NCBI GenBank assembly: GCA_025201805.1
Contig: MU619363.1
Location: 28,366-92,365 of the forward strand
DNA length: 64,000 bases
Source of the DNA: Parasitella parasitica NRRL 2501
Taxonomy: Eukaryota > Fungi > Mucoromycota
Reading direction: 5' to 3'
Shown here: positions 49,958 to 61,396 of the stretch, one piece after another
Layout: every line of letters begins with the position of its first letter
Position numbering within the stretch: position 1 is the first letter of the stretch
Position numbers and translations under genes: made by a program
The notes under the pieces: generated by a model
Seen by the model: only the letters and a program-made list of their open reading frames with translations
The model's database searches: none
Told to the model about the DNA's origin: nothing

Positions 49958-50390
49958 TACCAACCATCAAATACGTCCTCAAGTGATTCTACCAAACAAC
50001 CTGTGCGCCCTGCAAATAGCTACTTCCACCTTGCTGGTGCAGGACTGGTTAATTATATCCCTCCCACCAATGCCGAAAAGGCATATATCTTTTAGCTGTG
50101 CAGATGGACCAGTGCTGATTTTTTGGGATCAAACAATGGATGGCAGACGGCATGGATCTCATAGCCTATTCCTGGGATATTGAACCGGGATCTACGATTA
50201 ACGTGCACTGTCCATAAACTTGATCTAAAAATAGACAGCAAGTTGCATTTGATGCGAGTCGAACACATGGACATGAACATGGGAACACTTGATCTGAAGG
50301 TGGTTTTTAGAAAATGCTTGTCGTGTATAACATTCAAAATAATGCTACAACATCACCTTTTCCTCTCGTTCTCTTAAATTACACATCAAT

Positions 50391-50963
50391 ATGGCTTGCA
50401 ACGTAAAAACTAGGCTCAATGTGGGCGGAAAAACCTTCCTTATAGGCTACGATACCATCAAGAAATCTGCTGTTTTACAAAAGAAATATGGAAATAAACA
50501 CAATGTGGGCACTTTATCTGATACTAGCAATGATGCTGGAGACGATGAAGACGATGAAGACGATGAAGAAATTGAACCATTAGATATTTTTATTGACAGA
50601 GACGGCCAGCTATTTCAAGGAATTCTGGAATATTGGAGATCCCAAACCGTCCCCTCAAAGGATGTAGAGTACTTGAACAAGTTGAGACTCGAGGCCTGTT
50701 ATTTCTGCGCTCATGATTTGGTTTTGAAAGTAGATGAAATCCTTAAGGAGAACGACATTAATGACGACGACTTTGAGTATCAGGCCATCCAGCACCCGTT
50801 CCAAAGCAATTATCTGATCAAGCCAAGCGAGGGCGAACTAAAGCCGTTCGAAGAAGATGCCACCATTGTATCTGCGTACAAGTATTGTCTCTCTCCGAAT
50901 GTGTTTGAATCAAGACTGGTTATCCAGCGTCCTCGTAAAAGATGCAAACTGGCTGAAAACTAG
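50391..50963 (+). CDS. BTB/POZ (KCTD-type) domain protein
   Basis: RLNVGGKTF...IFIDRDGQLFQGILEYWR...LRLEACYF. Confidence 0.88.
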   Translation: MACNVKTRLNVGGKTFLIGYDTIKKSAVLQKKYGNKHNVGTLSDTSNDAGDDEDDEDDEEIEPLDIFIDRDGQLFQGILEYWRSQTVPSKDVEYLNKLRLEACYFCAHDLVLKVDEILKENDINDDDFEYQAIQHPFQSNYLIKPSEGELKPFEEDATIVSAYKYCLSPNVFESRLVIQRPRKRCKLAEN

Positions 50964-51133
50964 TATTTTATCTGCATAATCTATTGAAATTTGAATAAAG
51001 ATGATAAAATCAAATGACTGATTAATTTGACGACATGCTGGTGTATGTATTCCTAGCTTTTTTTTTTAAAAAAAAAAGCTTGCTGGCCGACACTTGAATT
51101 ACACTTTATTTTTCGTCTTTACCTCTTGTTAGA

Positions 51134-51721
51134 ATGATTTCCTCAAATTTGTCTTTTTCCTCCACCGACAGCGAAGATGATATGGACATTGTCAAATTGA
51201 ATGTGGGCGGTGAACTTTTCATGACATATCGTAATACAATAATGAAGTCTGATGCAACTCATCTTATCAATTTGGTGAATCAATCAGCACAAGATGAAAT
51301 ATACATCGATCGCAGTAGTGAGCTGTTTCAGGATATCATGCTTTATATCAGAGAAAGCGTTATCCTGGTCAAAGATCTAAAGAAGCTTCACGCTCTTGCA
51401 AAAGAAGCAGTATTTTACGATACCAAAAGCATGGTCAGAAAGCTGGAGACAGTCATAGTTGAAGCTGAAGAGTTGCAAAAAAAACAAATGACCAAGCCCA
51501 AAGTTGTGCTAAAAGATATCCTTAAAATGTCTAATACGTTCCAACAATCTACAGTAGCTTCACCAAAGTATAGGATTATTGAAGAACAGGATGGCGTTTC
51601 CCAAGAGTACCATCTGATTGATATTGTATATGTTAAGGATATCAACAGATGTTTTGATCATGGTAAGGCTTACTGCTCCTGCTCTTCCACTCCTAAATTA
51701 GTCCTGGTATCAAGAGACTAA
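51134..51721 (+). CDS. BTB/POZ (KCTD-type) domain protein
   Basis: IVKLNVGGELFMT...IYIDRSSELFQDIMLYIR...LAKEAVFY. Confidence 0.88.
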   Translation: MISSNLSFSSTDSEDDMDIVKLNVGGELFMTYRNTIMKSDATHLINLVNQSAQDEIYIDRSSELFQDIMLYIRESVILVKDLKKLHALAKEAVFYDTKSMVRKLETVIVEAEELQKKQMTKPKVVLKDILKMSNTFQQSTVASPKYRIIEEQDGVSQEYHLIDIVYVKDINRCFDHGKAYCSCSSTPKLVLVSRD

Positions 51722-51833
51722 AATTCGAATTCATAGCGACCATAATACTGTATTTTTTTTGGACGAAGTCCAGACTCTTGGAAAATAAAATTTGCGACTT
51801 GTTCTTCACCACTTGATCTATCTAACTTTTTAA

Positions 51834-52112
51834 CGGAAAAAACGTATAACAATTTCCAAAGAAGAGGCCAGCTGTATTTTTTATTGCAGAGCATCCGAAG
51901 AAGAAAACGTCAAGATTTGTATCCAAAACATTGAAGTTTCACCAAAAGATGTCGATCTCTGTTATAACAACAATCCACATGAGCTTTGTAGGTTGGGTAA
52001 AGTTGGTTCACCTAACTTTTACAAGCTATATAAATCCAAACAAGTAATAATTGAAGAAGCAGCTAAGAGTAATGACAAAGAAGACATAGTACTTAGTAAA
52101 GCTAGAAAGTAA
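51834..52112 (+). pseudogene. Start-less small ORF homologous to 53231-53413
   Basis: ITISKEEASCIFYC...ENVK...KDVDLCYNNNP; no ATG in frame. Confidence 0.5.
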
Positions 52113-52739
52113 TTTTTTAAACCTCAATTCTATAAGAGTTTAGGTGTTTTCAAGATGTTGAGAATTTGGAATGATTCTCACTTTGGTATCGGCAGTGGAG
52201 AGTCCATAATTTAGATGCACATGTCCTGTGAAAAGAAAACCAGCAAAAAGCAGTGATGCTGTAGTGATTTTGCTGGCGAATATGACACTATCGTCCATAA
52301 CACACCATCTTTAAGAGACATCCAAAGCTGCAAAATAGGTTGCTGAATTCACAAAATGTGCTACTATGTCCTTATAAGATACAGAAACTATATAACGTGA
52401 GTCAAAAAGATATTCCTCTGGTGGTCGATATTTATAATAACCATTTGGAAATTCACATACAAATTTGACAAAAAAGCTCCTTTGGGGTCTAGTCGGTGGT
52501 TGAACCAGGCCAACCCGAACGAAAAACATCAAAGACGGGAAAGGAAGCTAGAAGCAGAAGCAGACAGTTAAAGGTTCTAGATGACACGTTCTATAGTAAG
52601 TTTAAAAATGAGGTTAATAATAAAAAATAGCTAATTCTTGTTTTATAGTTTCTGTAGTAGAGACCGTGTTTGATGTATTGCCAAGTTTCCATTCAAAAAT
52701 AGGTGTTATGAATAAAGACGGATACCAAAGAAATAGGTA

Positions 52740-53139
52740 TTGCAAAGAATCCATTGCTGGTTTCACCCAGTAATTCAACAATTTCGAAAATGTGATTTGG
52801 AAAATAAGGATGTCAAATTAAATAGTGTCCATGGCAACACAACAGATTTATTGAAGTTCCTCGACAACAATATCAAAATCTGTGTCATAGCCATTGACTA
52901 TGCAGGTTTAACAACCAACATGACAGATCTCAAAAAACTGTCAAGGTAGCAAAGAGCGTAAATTCTAAAATCAGTAATAAATTTATAAGAATCTTGTATC
53001 CAGAGACAACTCAAGCCTGCAAAAAATATCTATCGATCAGTACTTTTATGACAATCGGTTCAAGTATTTCGATAGTGTCCAGCTGCTGAATAATCCTGAA
53101 GATCTTAAACTGTTTAATTGTCACCCAGCTTCAAAATAA
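52740..53139 (+). pseudogene. Fragment of putative resolvase/serine-recombinase-like Mucorales protein
   Basis: HGNTTDLL...ICVIAIDYAGLTTN..DL, intron 52946-53003, ISID...LFNC; N-terminal half missing; family assignment from memory only. Confidence 0.4.
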
Positions 53140-53199
53140 AGGGGTAAATACAATTGAAATCACAAAATTTGAGTTTTCTAATCTGCATAGTTTTCTACC

Positions 53200-53413
53200 A
53201 AATGCAAGCTGCTACGATGTTTATTATATCTCAAAGGGTTTGAATTAGTTCTTTCATCTCAATGTAATAGAGGTTTGTATGGATCTTTTCGAAACAAATG
53301 TTGACATCTTTAAAGCTTTCCGTTTTTTGGAGACTTATGTCTACGTTTGATTCAGTATACTCGAGGCAAAAGAAAATACATAGTGCTTGTTCTCTTGTTA
53401 TGTTTTCGACCAT
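53200..53413 (-). pseudogene. Small Cys-containing ORF (frameshifted), homolog of 51834-52112
   Basis: MVENITREQALCIFFC...SNV...KDVNICFEK, then DPYKPLL*...NPLRY after a frameshift. Confidence 0.5.
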
Positions 53414-55300
53414 ATAATAATGTATAGCTACACATTTATAATAAAGCAGCTTTGATATCTACATAAATGTGAGTAAACTGTTATAGCTGTTCCTAAGGGA
53501 AATCGGCTTGCTTTATGATAATTTAAGGTGTTAAATTTTCTCACTAGTACAGAAACGTCGTATTTACACTGTCTCTACTCCTAACGTTTGCTTTCATACT
53601 AGCTCAATCTGTGCTTTCAAATTATACAAATTTCCTTTACAAAATCCAAAAGTTTGCCAAGTTTATCGCTTATCAAATAAGACCTGCTTGAGAAGTGTGG
53701 ACAGGAATACTATGCACGATAATGAAGATTTAATAGAAAAAACAATATTTCTTTATTTCTTTAGTTTAGAAGCAAAAGAACCAAATTTAGCGTTCGTCAA
53801 TTAGAGCGAGCATCTACTAAAGCATCAGTGTCTTATATCCCAACTAAGCGAGTGCGAGTTCAAGAAATACCACTGACAAGCGAGCAAGCAAGCGAGTAGC
53901 CTTAAATAATTGAACCAACCAAGCAAACCTCAAGCGAGAATTTTCCTTGACTTCATTTGATGTCGCAGCTATCAAATAAAAATGTCAATGTCGCAGTAAA
54001 ATCACCCCAGGAAATCTGCAAAACAGAAAACATCTAAAGCAACAAACGAATGCTATAGTTAGGACCCAAATTCTGTAGTACCACCAAAGGAATTGGCTTT
54101 AACGAGGCCACCAGGATCCCACCCTGGAGTACATCACTAAGTCGGCATGAATTTACTGCTCCCATATTCCTGCTAGGCATCAAATGTGAGTGTTGTCGAT
54201 TCTGACGAGGTCGTAATGGTTTTTACTCGCTAATGCACAGTTAAACAAATCAAAAGATGAGTAGAGGGATGATGGAAGTTCACGACAAACCTACACCCCC
54301 AGAATTCTTGCTAATGGTTGAATGAAGGGCATAGATCTTTTTGACAGAGGAACCAGAATACAAAGCACAAAGGAAACCAAAGAAGTGAAGAGTTGAAAAG
54401 ATGGCATCTAATTGTTTAGAAAGCAAGCATTATGGCAAAGCTCTAATCCTACATTTGTAGCCGAGCTTGCAGAAATTGTTATCAATACAGTACACGGACA
54501 TCAAGTGTTTATGAAACATTTGAGGAAATGGCTATTATTTTGCTAAATATAGTCGTAAATGCTAAGCAGAAACTGTACAGCCATTATCCTCCAAAAAGAT
54601 CACTTATAGAAGGAGCTCTTGTGTCGTCTTGTAGCACTGTCAACAAATAAGACTTTAATCGTTAAACCAATCTATCCGACTTGGTTACAATTCCGGTATA
54701 TGCCGCCCTCCATTCTTACTCAATCAACTCATCAGAGCATTCTACTGATCCAAAAACTCTTTAAAAAGCGCTCCTCTGATACCGTTATTACATCACGTTT
54801 ACTGTAATCGTACTTTATCAACGAGTCGATTTTTTATAAAATGCATACAAAAAATACGTTTTCAAATAAACTTTAATATCTGCATTTCATAAAGTTGCAT
54901 ACAAATATCAAAGATCTTGTAATAGAAATTAAGGACCAAAACCGATAACAAAGTAAGCAAATTTGGAAAAAAAACTTACAGTTGCCGCCAGGATATCATG
55001 ATCATCAGCGTTTGATCTACTAGGTTGATTGAACAATCAAATAAATCTGCAACTATATCTCACTAATCGGTTCAGATGCATATGATATGTTGAGAATTAT
55101 TTTGATGCTGAATAGCGGTATCAACATCTATAGAGTTGGTTGATTTAAGAAACATTTAGTATTTGCATTTTGAACGTAAATGATAATACTGTACATGGTG
55201 ATGTATTTAATTTGTACTCCGTGCAACCATTTTCTATTTTGCAATCTCTTCCGTCTGCACTTTTTCTTCTTTCTTTCCTTCGTCATTTGAGAAACCAACA

Positions 55301-55737
55301 ATGCTATACAATAAAGAAAAGCTAGTTAGAGGACATCGTAGAGAATCAGCATCTTTTACTCTTGTTGAATTACAAGATTTAAGAGGTCAGATTGAATAAT
55401 ACAAAAGAGAGTGTAACTCACATCTAAATACATTGTTTATTGTCATGTAGCCCACCAAAGGACATTTGAAGGTGCATATTGGAGAACTGCCTTGGCTGCC
55501 TTTTCTTCTGGGTTACTCATCTTGAAAGTATTCACTAGAGAGTTTTATAAAATTGGCATCACATTTTTTGTTTTTGGATTAGCCATGTTGGCTATTGCTT
55601 TATGGCGTAGACGAACTTCATTTGATGTATTCGATTCGACAATTCCATATAAAACAAGTGGTGATTGGGTTATTCTAACAACGATTGTAACCATGGCAAC
55701 ATATATTGTATTACTAGTTTTACTATGGAATCTTTAA
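55301..55737 (+). CDS. DUF202-type small membrane protein (2 exons)
   Basis: LR|AHQRTFEGAYWRTAL followed by three hydrophobic helices; intron ~55386-55450. Confidence 0.78.
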
Positions 55738-56347
55738 GATGTGTACACACAGGAACAAAACAACAAAACAACAAGCATACCCCTCATCTCATTTTTATTA
55801 TCATCATCATCATTTTTATTGTTATTGTTATTGTTATTGTTATGATTCTCGCTTCCTATGTCGAAAATTGAATATTATATGATAACCTACCCATTCTTAC
55901 TGTAAACACTATCTTTTTTTATAGATCTTTTTGCAAATATATTAAAAATAAAAACGGCGGATATATTCTGACTACAAGACCCGGTTCCACAGCTGATGAA
56001 TTAACACAAATGGGCGGTTCCTCACGTGTGTAGTTGAAGATTGTGCAAACAAGTGTGCGAAAATTATGTTGCGAAATTAATTTTTACTAGGAAATCAAGT
56101 ACATAGTAGAGGTTGTCATGAACTGACAAGCTGCAACACGTGCGATTCTACAGGATTTTAAATGAATTCTACCAATGGAATTGGCCATGAAGCCGATATT
56201 TGGAGTCTGATTCATCAGAAGGGCATTATTCTTTTTCCTTGAAATATATAAAGAAAAAAACTAGAGTGGGTTTCGTTTTTCCTCCTTCTTTCTTTATTTT
56301 ATTTTTTTCTTTTTTACCCTTTTTTCTCTTTTCAAACACAATACACA

Positions 56348-58311
56348 ATGTCGATTATGCAAACCAAAGCATGTCATATCTCAGATTGTGAGGATAATGA
56401 CGATGAAAGCGAATGGGATTTACCCAACACGTATGAAAGCAGTTCGGAAAATGATGATGCTTCCAGCGACGAACACAAAGATCATTATTTTGATCCAACA
56501 AAGATAACTACCTCTTTGCCTTTACTACCTTTTAACAATCAAGTAGGCGGCCACGCGTCATTTTTTCGTTTCTCAAAAAGAGCGATATGCAAGCCTGTAT
56601 CTACTCGAGAGCAAGAATTCTATGAGCATATCGATGCCAGCCACCATGAGTTGTTGCCTTTTACCTCGCAGTATATGGGCGTTCTCAATGTCACCTATCG
56701 CCCTACAGGGACATCAGAGCTTCCAGTCCCTGAAGTTTTGTTTGAAAAAAATAAGCATTTATTGCGTGATTGGCACGCCTGTGCAAACAACCTTGGCAGA
56801 CGCCATTCATCTTCATGCTCTCCTGGTTCTCATCCTTCGCAAGATTATCAAAGATCTTCCAATTGTCGTGCTCGATCAAAGAAGTTTCATGAACAAGTAT
56901 TGAGGGAAGTATTTTCCCCAGAAGCTCTCAAGGAGAGGTTGATCTTGGCTGAAGATTGGAAACGTCGAAACAGGCTTCCCAATAATGCAAGTAGTGGGAA
57001 TTTGAAAGAACTTGACCCTTGTTGGAATTCCACACAGCCTGAACTTGCCCATAGTTACTTTGATCGATTTCCTGTTAGGAAATCTTGGAGGCACGAGAAT
57101 CCAATTGCGGAAGGCGGCCGATCCGTTCCTATCATGAGCAGTTATCAGCAAGTAGAAGATGACTATGATGAAGATGACGATATTAGCACTTTAACCAGCT
57201 CTATTGACACAATGACATTGGAGCCAAGACGCCCTTCGATTATATGCTCCACAGCGTCCTCACCTAGTATCAAAAAAGAAGCGTCTGTAGATGATGAAAA
57301 TATTTTCGCAATGGATGATTTCGACGTAGGGAAGAAACAGCAGGGGATAAAACGAACACCCAATATTCCAATACTACAGGTCGATTCTGCATGCCTCAAA
57401 AAACAAAATAACAAACAAAAAGATTGTGCAACTCTGGAAAATCATGCTAAACAACTCAACAACCCTTGGTCCTTACAGATTTACAATCGTGATTTGCAAA
57501 AGATGCGAAATAGAAAGCCGACAAACATGGCAGCAGATGAACCACAGCAAGCTAGTCAGAAATATATCCTCATTGAGGACTTGACTGATGGTGTGAAATA
57601 TCCCTGTGTTTTGGATCTTAAAATGGGAACCCGGCAATATGGAGTCTATGCCACACGTGAAAAAATGAGAAGCCAAACAATCAAATGTGAAAAATCCACT
57701 AGTAAGGTGCTCGGCGTTCGAGTATGTGGCATGCAGGTAACTTTTATGGGTTGTTTTACCTGACACATATTGCTAATGTAGGCACTTTTTAGGTATACAA
57801 AAGGGATTTAAACGAATTCTTCTTCCAAGATAAATATTATGGTAGAACCTTAACTCCGATATCATTTTGTGATACATTGGAAGCATATCTTGATAATGGA
57901 AGTGGTTGTCAAATAAAACATATACCCGTTATCGTAAGAAAATTACGTAGATTAGCAAGAATTATAAAAACTATGAACGACTATAGATTTTATTCTTCTA
58001 GTTTACTAATGATTTATGATGGCAATGCTCCAAGTGATCGTAAAATTGATGTTCGTATCATTGATTTTGCTAACTGTGTTACATCTGAGGATGTCCAATG
58101 TCAATACCGAAGCTTTACATATCCACCAAGAAATAAAGGGCCTGACAATGGGTATTTATTAGGTCTCAAGTCGTTGGTTTTATGCTTTGAACGCATTTTT
58201 TTAAAGCATGGCGGCTCTATTCCAGATTTGGTCACTGAAGGAGATGATGTGTTTCAAGACATATACGAACCTGCAAATGATGAAGCAATCTCGAAAATAC
58301 TACAGCAATAG
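56348..58311 (+). CDS. KCS1: Inositol polyphosphate kinase, IP6K/Kcs1-like (2 exons)
   Basis: [26 protein letters not shown] (PxxxDxKxG), [30 protein letters not shown]. Confidence 0.88.
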
Positions 58312-58511
58312 TGTACATTCATATAAATATAGTTCCTCTTTCAAAATTACCCCTTCCCCCAAAATTCCATACTCATCCTCAAGCATAATAAATATATATA
58401 CTGTAAATGTTTATAACATTATCAACGCATGCTTTAAACAGCAACATTTCAATCAATAAAAAAAAGTATATGCTTTATTATAATGATTTTATATATTTTA
58501 TGGCATAATTA

Positions 58512-61396
58512 TTAGATGAGAGAGGGGGATTCGGTTTCTGTTTCTTCTTTTGGTGATTCTTGTTGTTCTTTTCCGTCTACTGCTGCTTGTTCTTTGATAG
58601 CATCTACAAGAGGTCCCTCCTCTACCTTACTATCAATATCAACAAGAGGGGATACTTCTGCAGATTTCTTTCTGTCCAAAAGCTCAGGGAATAGATTGGG
58701 ATACTCTGTTGGATCTGCTAAACTTTCTGCTGTCTTTTTACGATTTTTACTTTCGAGTTCAGCCTTCCATAAACCAACAATTCTAGAAATTTGATCAGGA
58801 GCATAAGTTCTAGCCAGCATGGCAGCCTCAGGAATACGGTCTGTCTTGACCAATAAATCAATAGCTTCTTCCATCGCTCCTAATTCGAATAAACAAGTAA
58901 ATGCAATATTGTTCTTGCCTTGTTCAACTGCAAATGCATGTGAAGATTAGATAAATTTTCCTTGCTATACATTAAACACTTACTTGCGGTATCGGCAATC
59001 TGTCTTATACCAGTACGGTTACCATTAGATGTATAAAAGAGGAGTAAGCCACTGAGATCCTTTGCCTTGATTAAACATTCCTCAGCCAATTTGAATTTCC
59101 AAGAAGACATTGCCACATCGCCTAATGTTCGCCACTTGAGCTCAGAGTCAACTTGATGTGCGATTTCAGAGGCAATATCAAGTTTACCAAGTTGAATGGA
59201 AAGATCGAATCTTTGGTCTATATCAGTAGTAACTTCAAGCGCTAATTCCTTGAGATCTTGAGACTCAAGGAATCTAGCAACGCGGCCACGTTGATCAGCG
59301 GGAATAGACTCGAGTAAACTGGCAGCAGAATCAAGATCACCACGAAGAATTGCAGTTTGATATTGAACAACAGTTAAGGATAATCCGTAACTGTAAATGT
59401 TAACATCTCTATCTGCCATGTAAATTCTATTGTCTCTAGGAGCATAGCCCAGCAAATACATGGGCTTATCGAAATGACTAATAGTATATGTCTCTGTACC
59501 GACAAGATAATTCATACGATTGGAAGTGTTGGTGTATATGAGACAATCACCAGCCCACGAACCGGTTTTGATGCCTTCTGGAATTTCAGTGATGAATTCG
59601 AAAGCATCCTCAACACCTTCCTCTCCTGGATCGCCACCGTTCTCGACAAATTGGGCATATGCTTGAGCTTTATATCTCAAAACATAGAATGAATCCTCAC
59701 AAGCAATAGCAACCAAATCACCTGCGTCGGACCAGTACACGCTTCTTGAATCAACATCAATTCGACGGACAACTTCTCCGCTTTCCCAATCATAAAAGTT
59801 CAAAAAGCCATTACCGCGAACACCAAGTAGTATACCACCGTAGATTCCTTCAGCACTATAACTTAGCTTGGGAAGCAAACCAGCTCTTTCTTTGAAGTTT
59901 TTAAAGACCTTGACCTTTGTAGAAGATTCACGGACAGCATACACATTTGAATCATCAGCCCAAACGAAATCAAGACCACTACCAAAACTCTTGTTTCTCC
60001 AAGCTAAAGCCGTGTAGATGATATATTCACCATCACCGCAAACTACGACAAAACGACCATTGGGAGAGTGTTGAAGAGTTTGAGGATAAACTTCACAACT
60101 TCCAAGATCTTTGATGGGTAAAGCTAAACGTTCGCCATCCTTGACATTCTCATCGATGCCCGTTTTGATGTTGGCAGTTTGGATTTCGGAATGTTTCGCC
60201 CAAATAATCTTCCCAGATAGATCCATAGACACGGCAGGTTCTTCTCTACCGAGCTTGATCACAACAGCACCTTCATCATAACCCAGAGCAACATTGTTGC
60301 CATTCTTTTGAGTGGCCATGCACCAAGAACGCTCTAGACCATAGTTCAGTGTATTTTCAAGTCGATAGGTATCAGAATTCCAGATACGAACTGTGCCATC
60401 CTCAGAACCAGATAAAATGATGGGTAAATTGGGATGAAAAGCTGCAAAATTGACGTTTTGGTTGTGTCCTTCGAGTGTTTGAACACAGTTTTTGTTTTGA
60501 TAATCCCAGATTTTGACCATATTATCATCAGCACAAGAGATCAAGTAAGGCTTATCGCCTCCTTGGTAATAATCAACAAAATTGACACCCTTTTCGTGAC
60601 CCTCTAAGGTAAAATTGGGAACATTGGATCCAAGCGACCATACCTTGATCATGCCATCAAGACCAGCGGATGCAAATGTGTTGGAATCTTTAGGATTGAA
60701 GGTTAAATGCATAACAAAGTGAGCATGACCTTCAAAGACCTATTAATTCAAGTTGTTAATTACAATAGTAGCTATACTGTATATCTTCTTTCATACTTGA
60801 GCACATTTCCATCCCTTCTCCCAATCCCAAAGGCGAATAGTCATATCATCAGAGCCAGATAATAATAGAGGTTGAGTAGGGTGAACTGCGAGACAACGAA
60901 TGTAGTCAGGGTGAGCTTCAAAGTGGGTGACCTTTTCAAGAGTATTATAGTTGAATACACGAATTTGAGAATCATCGGCACCAGTAATAATCCAATTTTT
61001 GCGAGCAACGAACTTTGCAGCACGAACTATGAATTAATGATTATCAGTATACGTTTCAGCGATCATAAATCTCGTTTTTCCATATACCGGGTGTCTCCGA
61101 AACTTCGATGGTTTTGACCAAAGCCTAAATTAAACGATTTAATAATCAAGTAAGCTCACAAATGGTGTAAAGACAGTTTTACTTGTGTTTCGTAATTGTA
61201 TATTTGAACAATACCGCTGTATAAACTAGTCAATAACCAAGGCTCGGTTGGATGCAAATCGACACATTTGACACGTTCTGAACGCGATAATAATTTACGC
61301 TGTACATTAGGTTGCATGTTAGTGATTTCTCGAAGGGAAAAAAACGTTACTGAACTCTCTGTAAGTGTTGATACTTGCCTTAATATCAATGCGCAT
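58512..61396 (-). CDS. SEC27: Coatomer beta' subunit (multi-exon)
   Basis: MRIDIK|[78 protein letters not shown]. Confidence 0.97.

Noticed and set aside
42500-55200. Centromere
   Set aside because: Only one decayed LINE ORF1, intact genes inside, and no centromeric core motif that I can recognise
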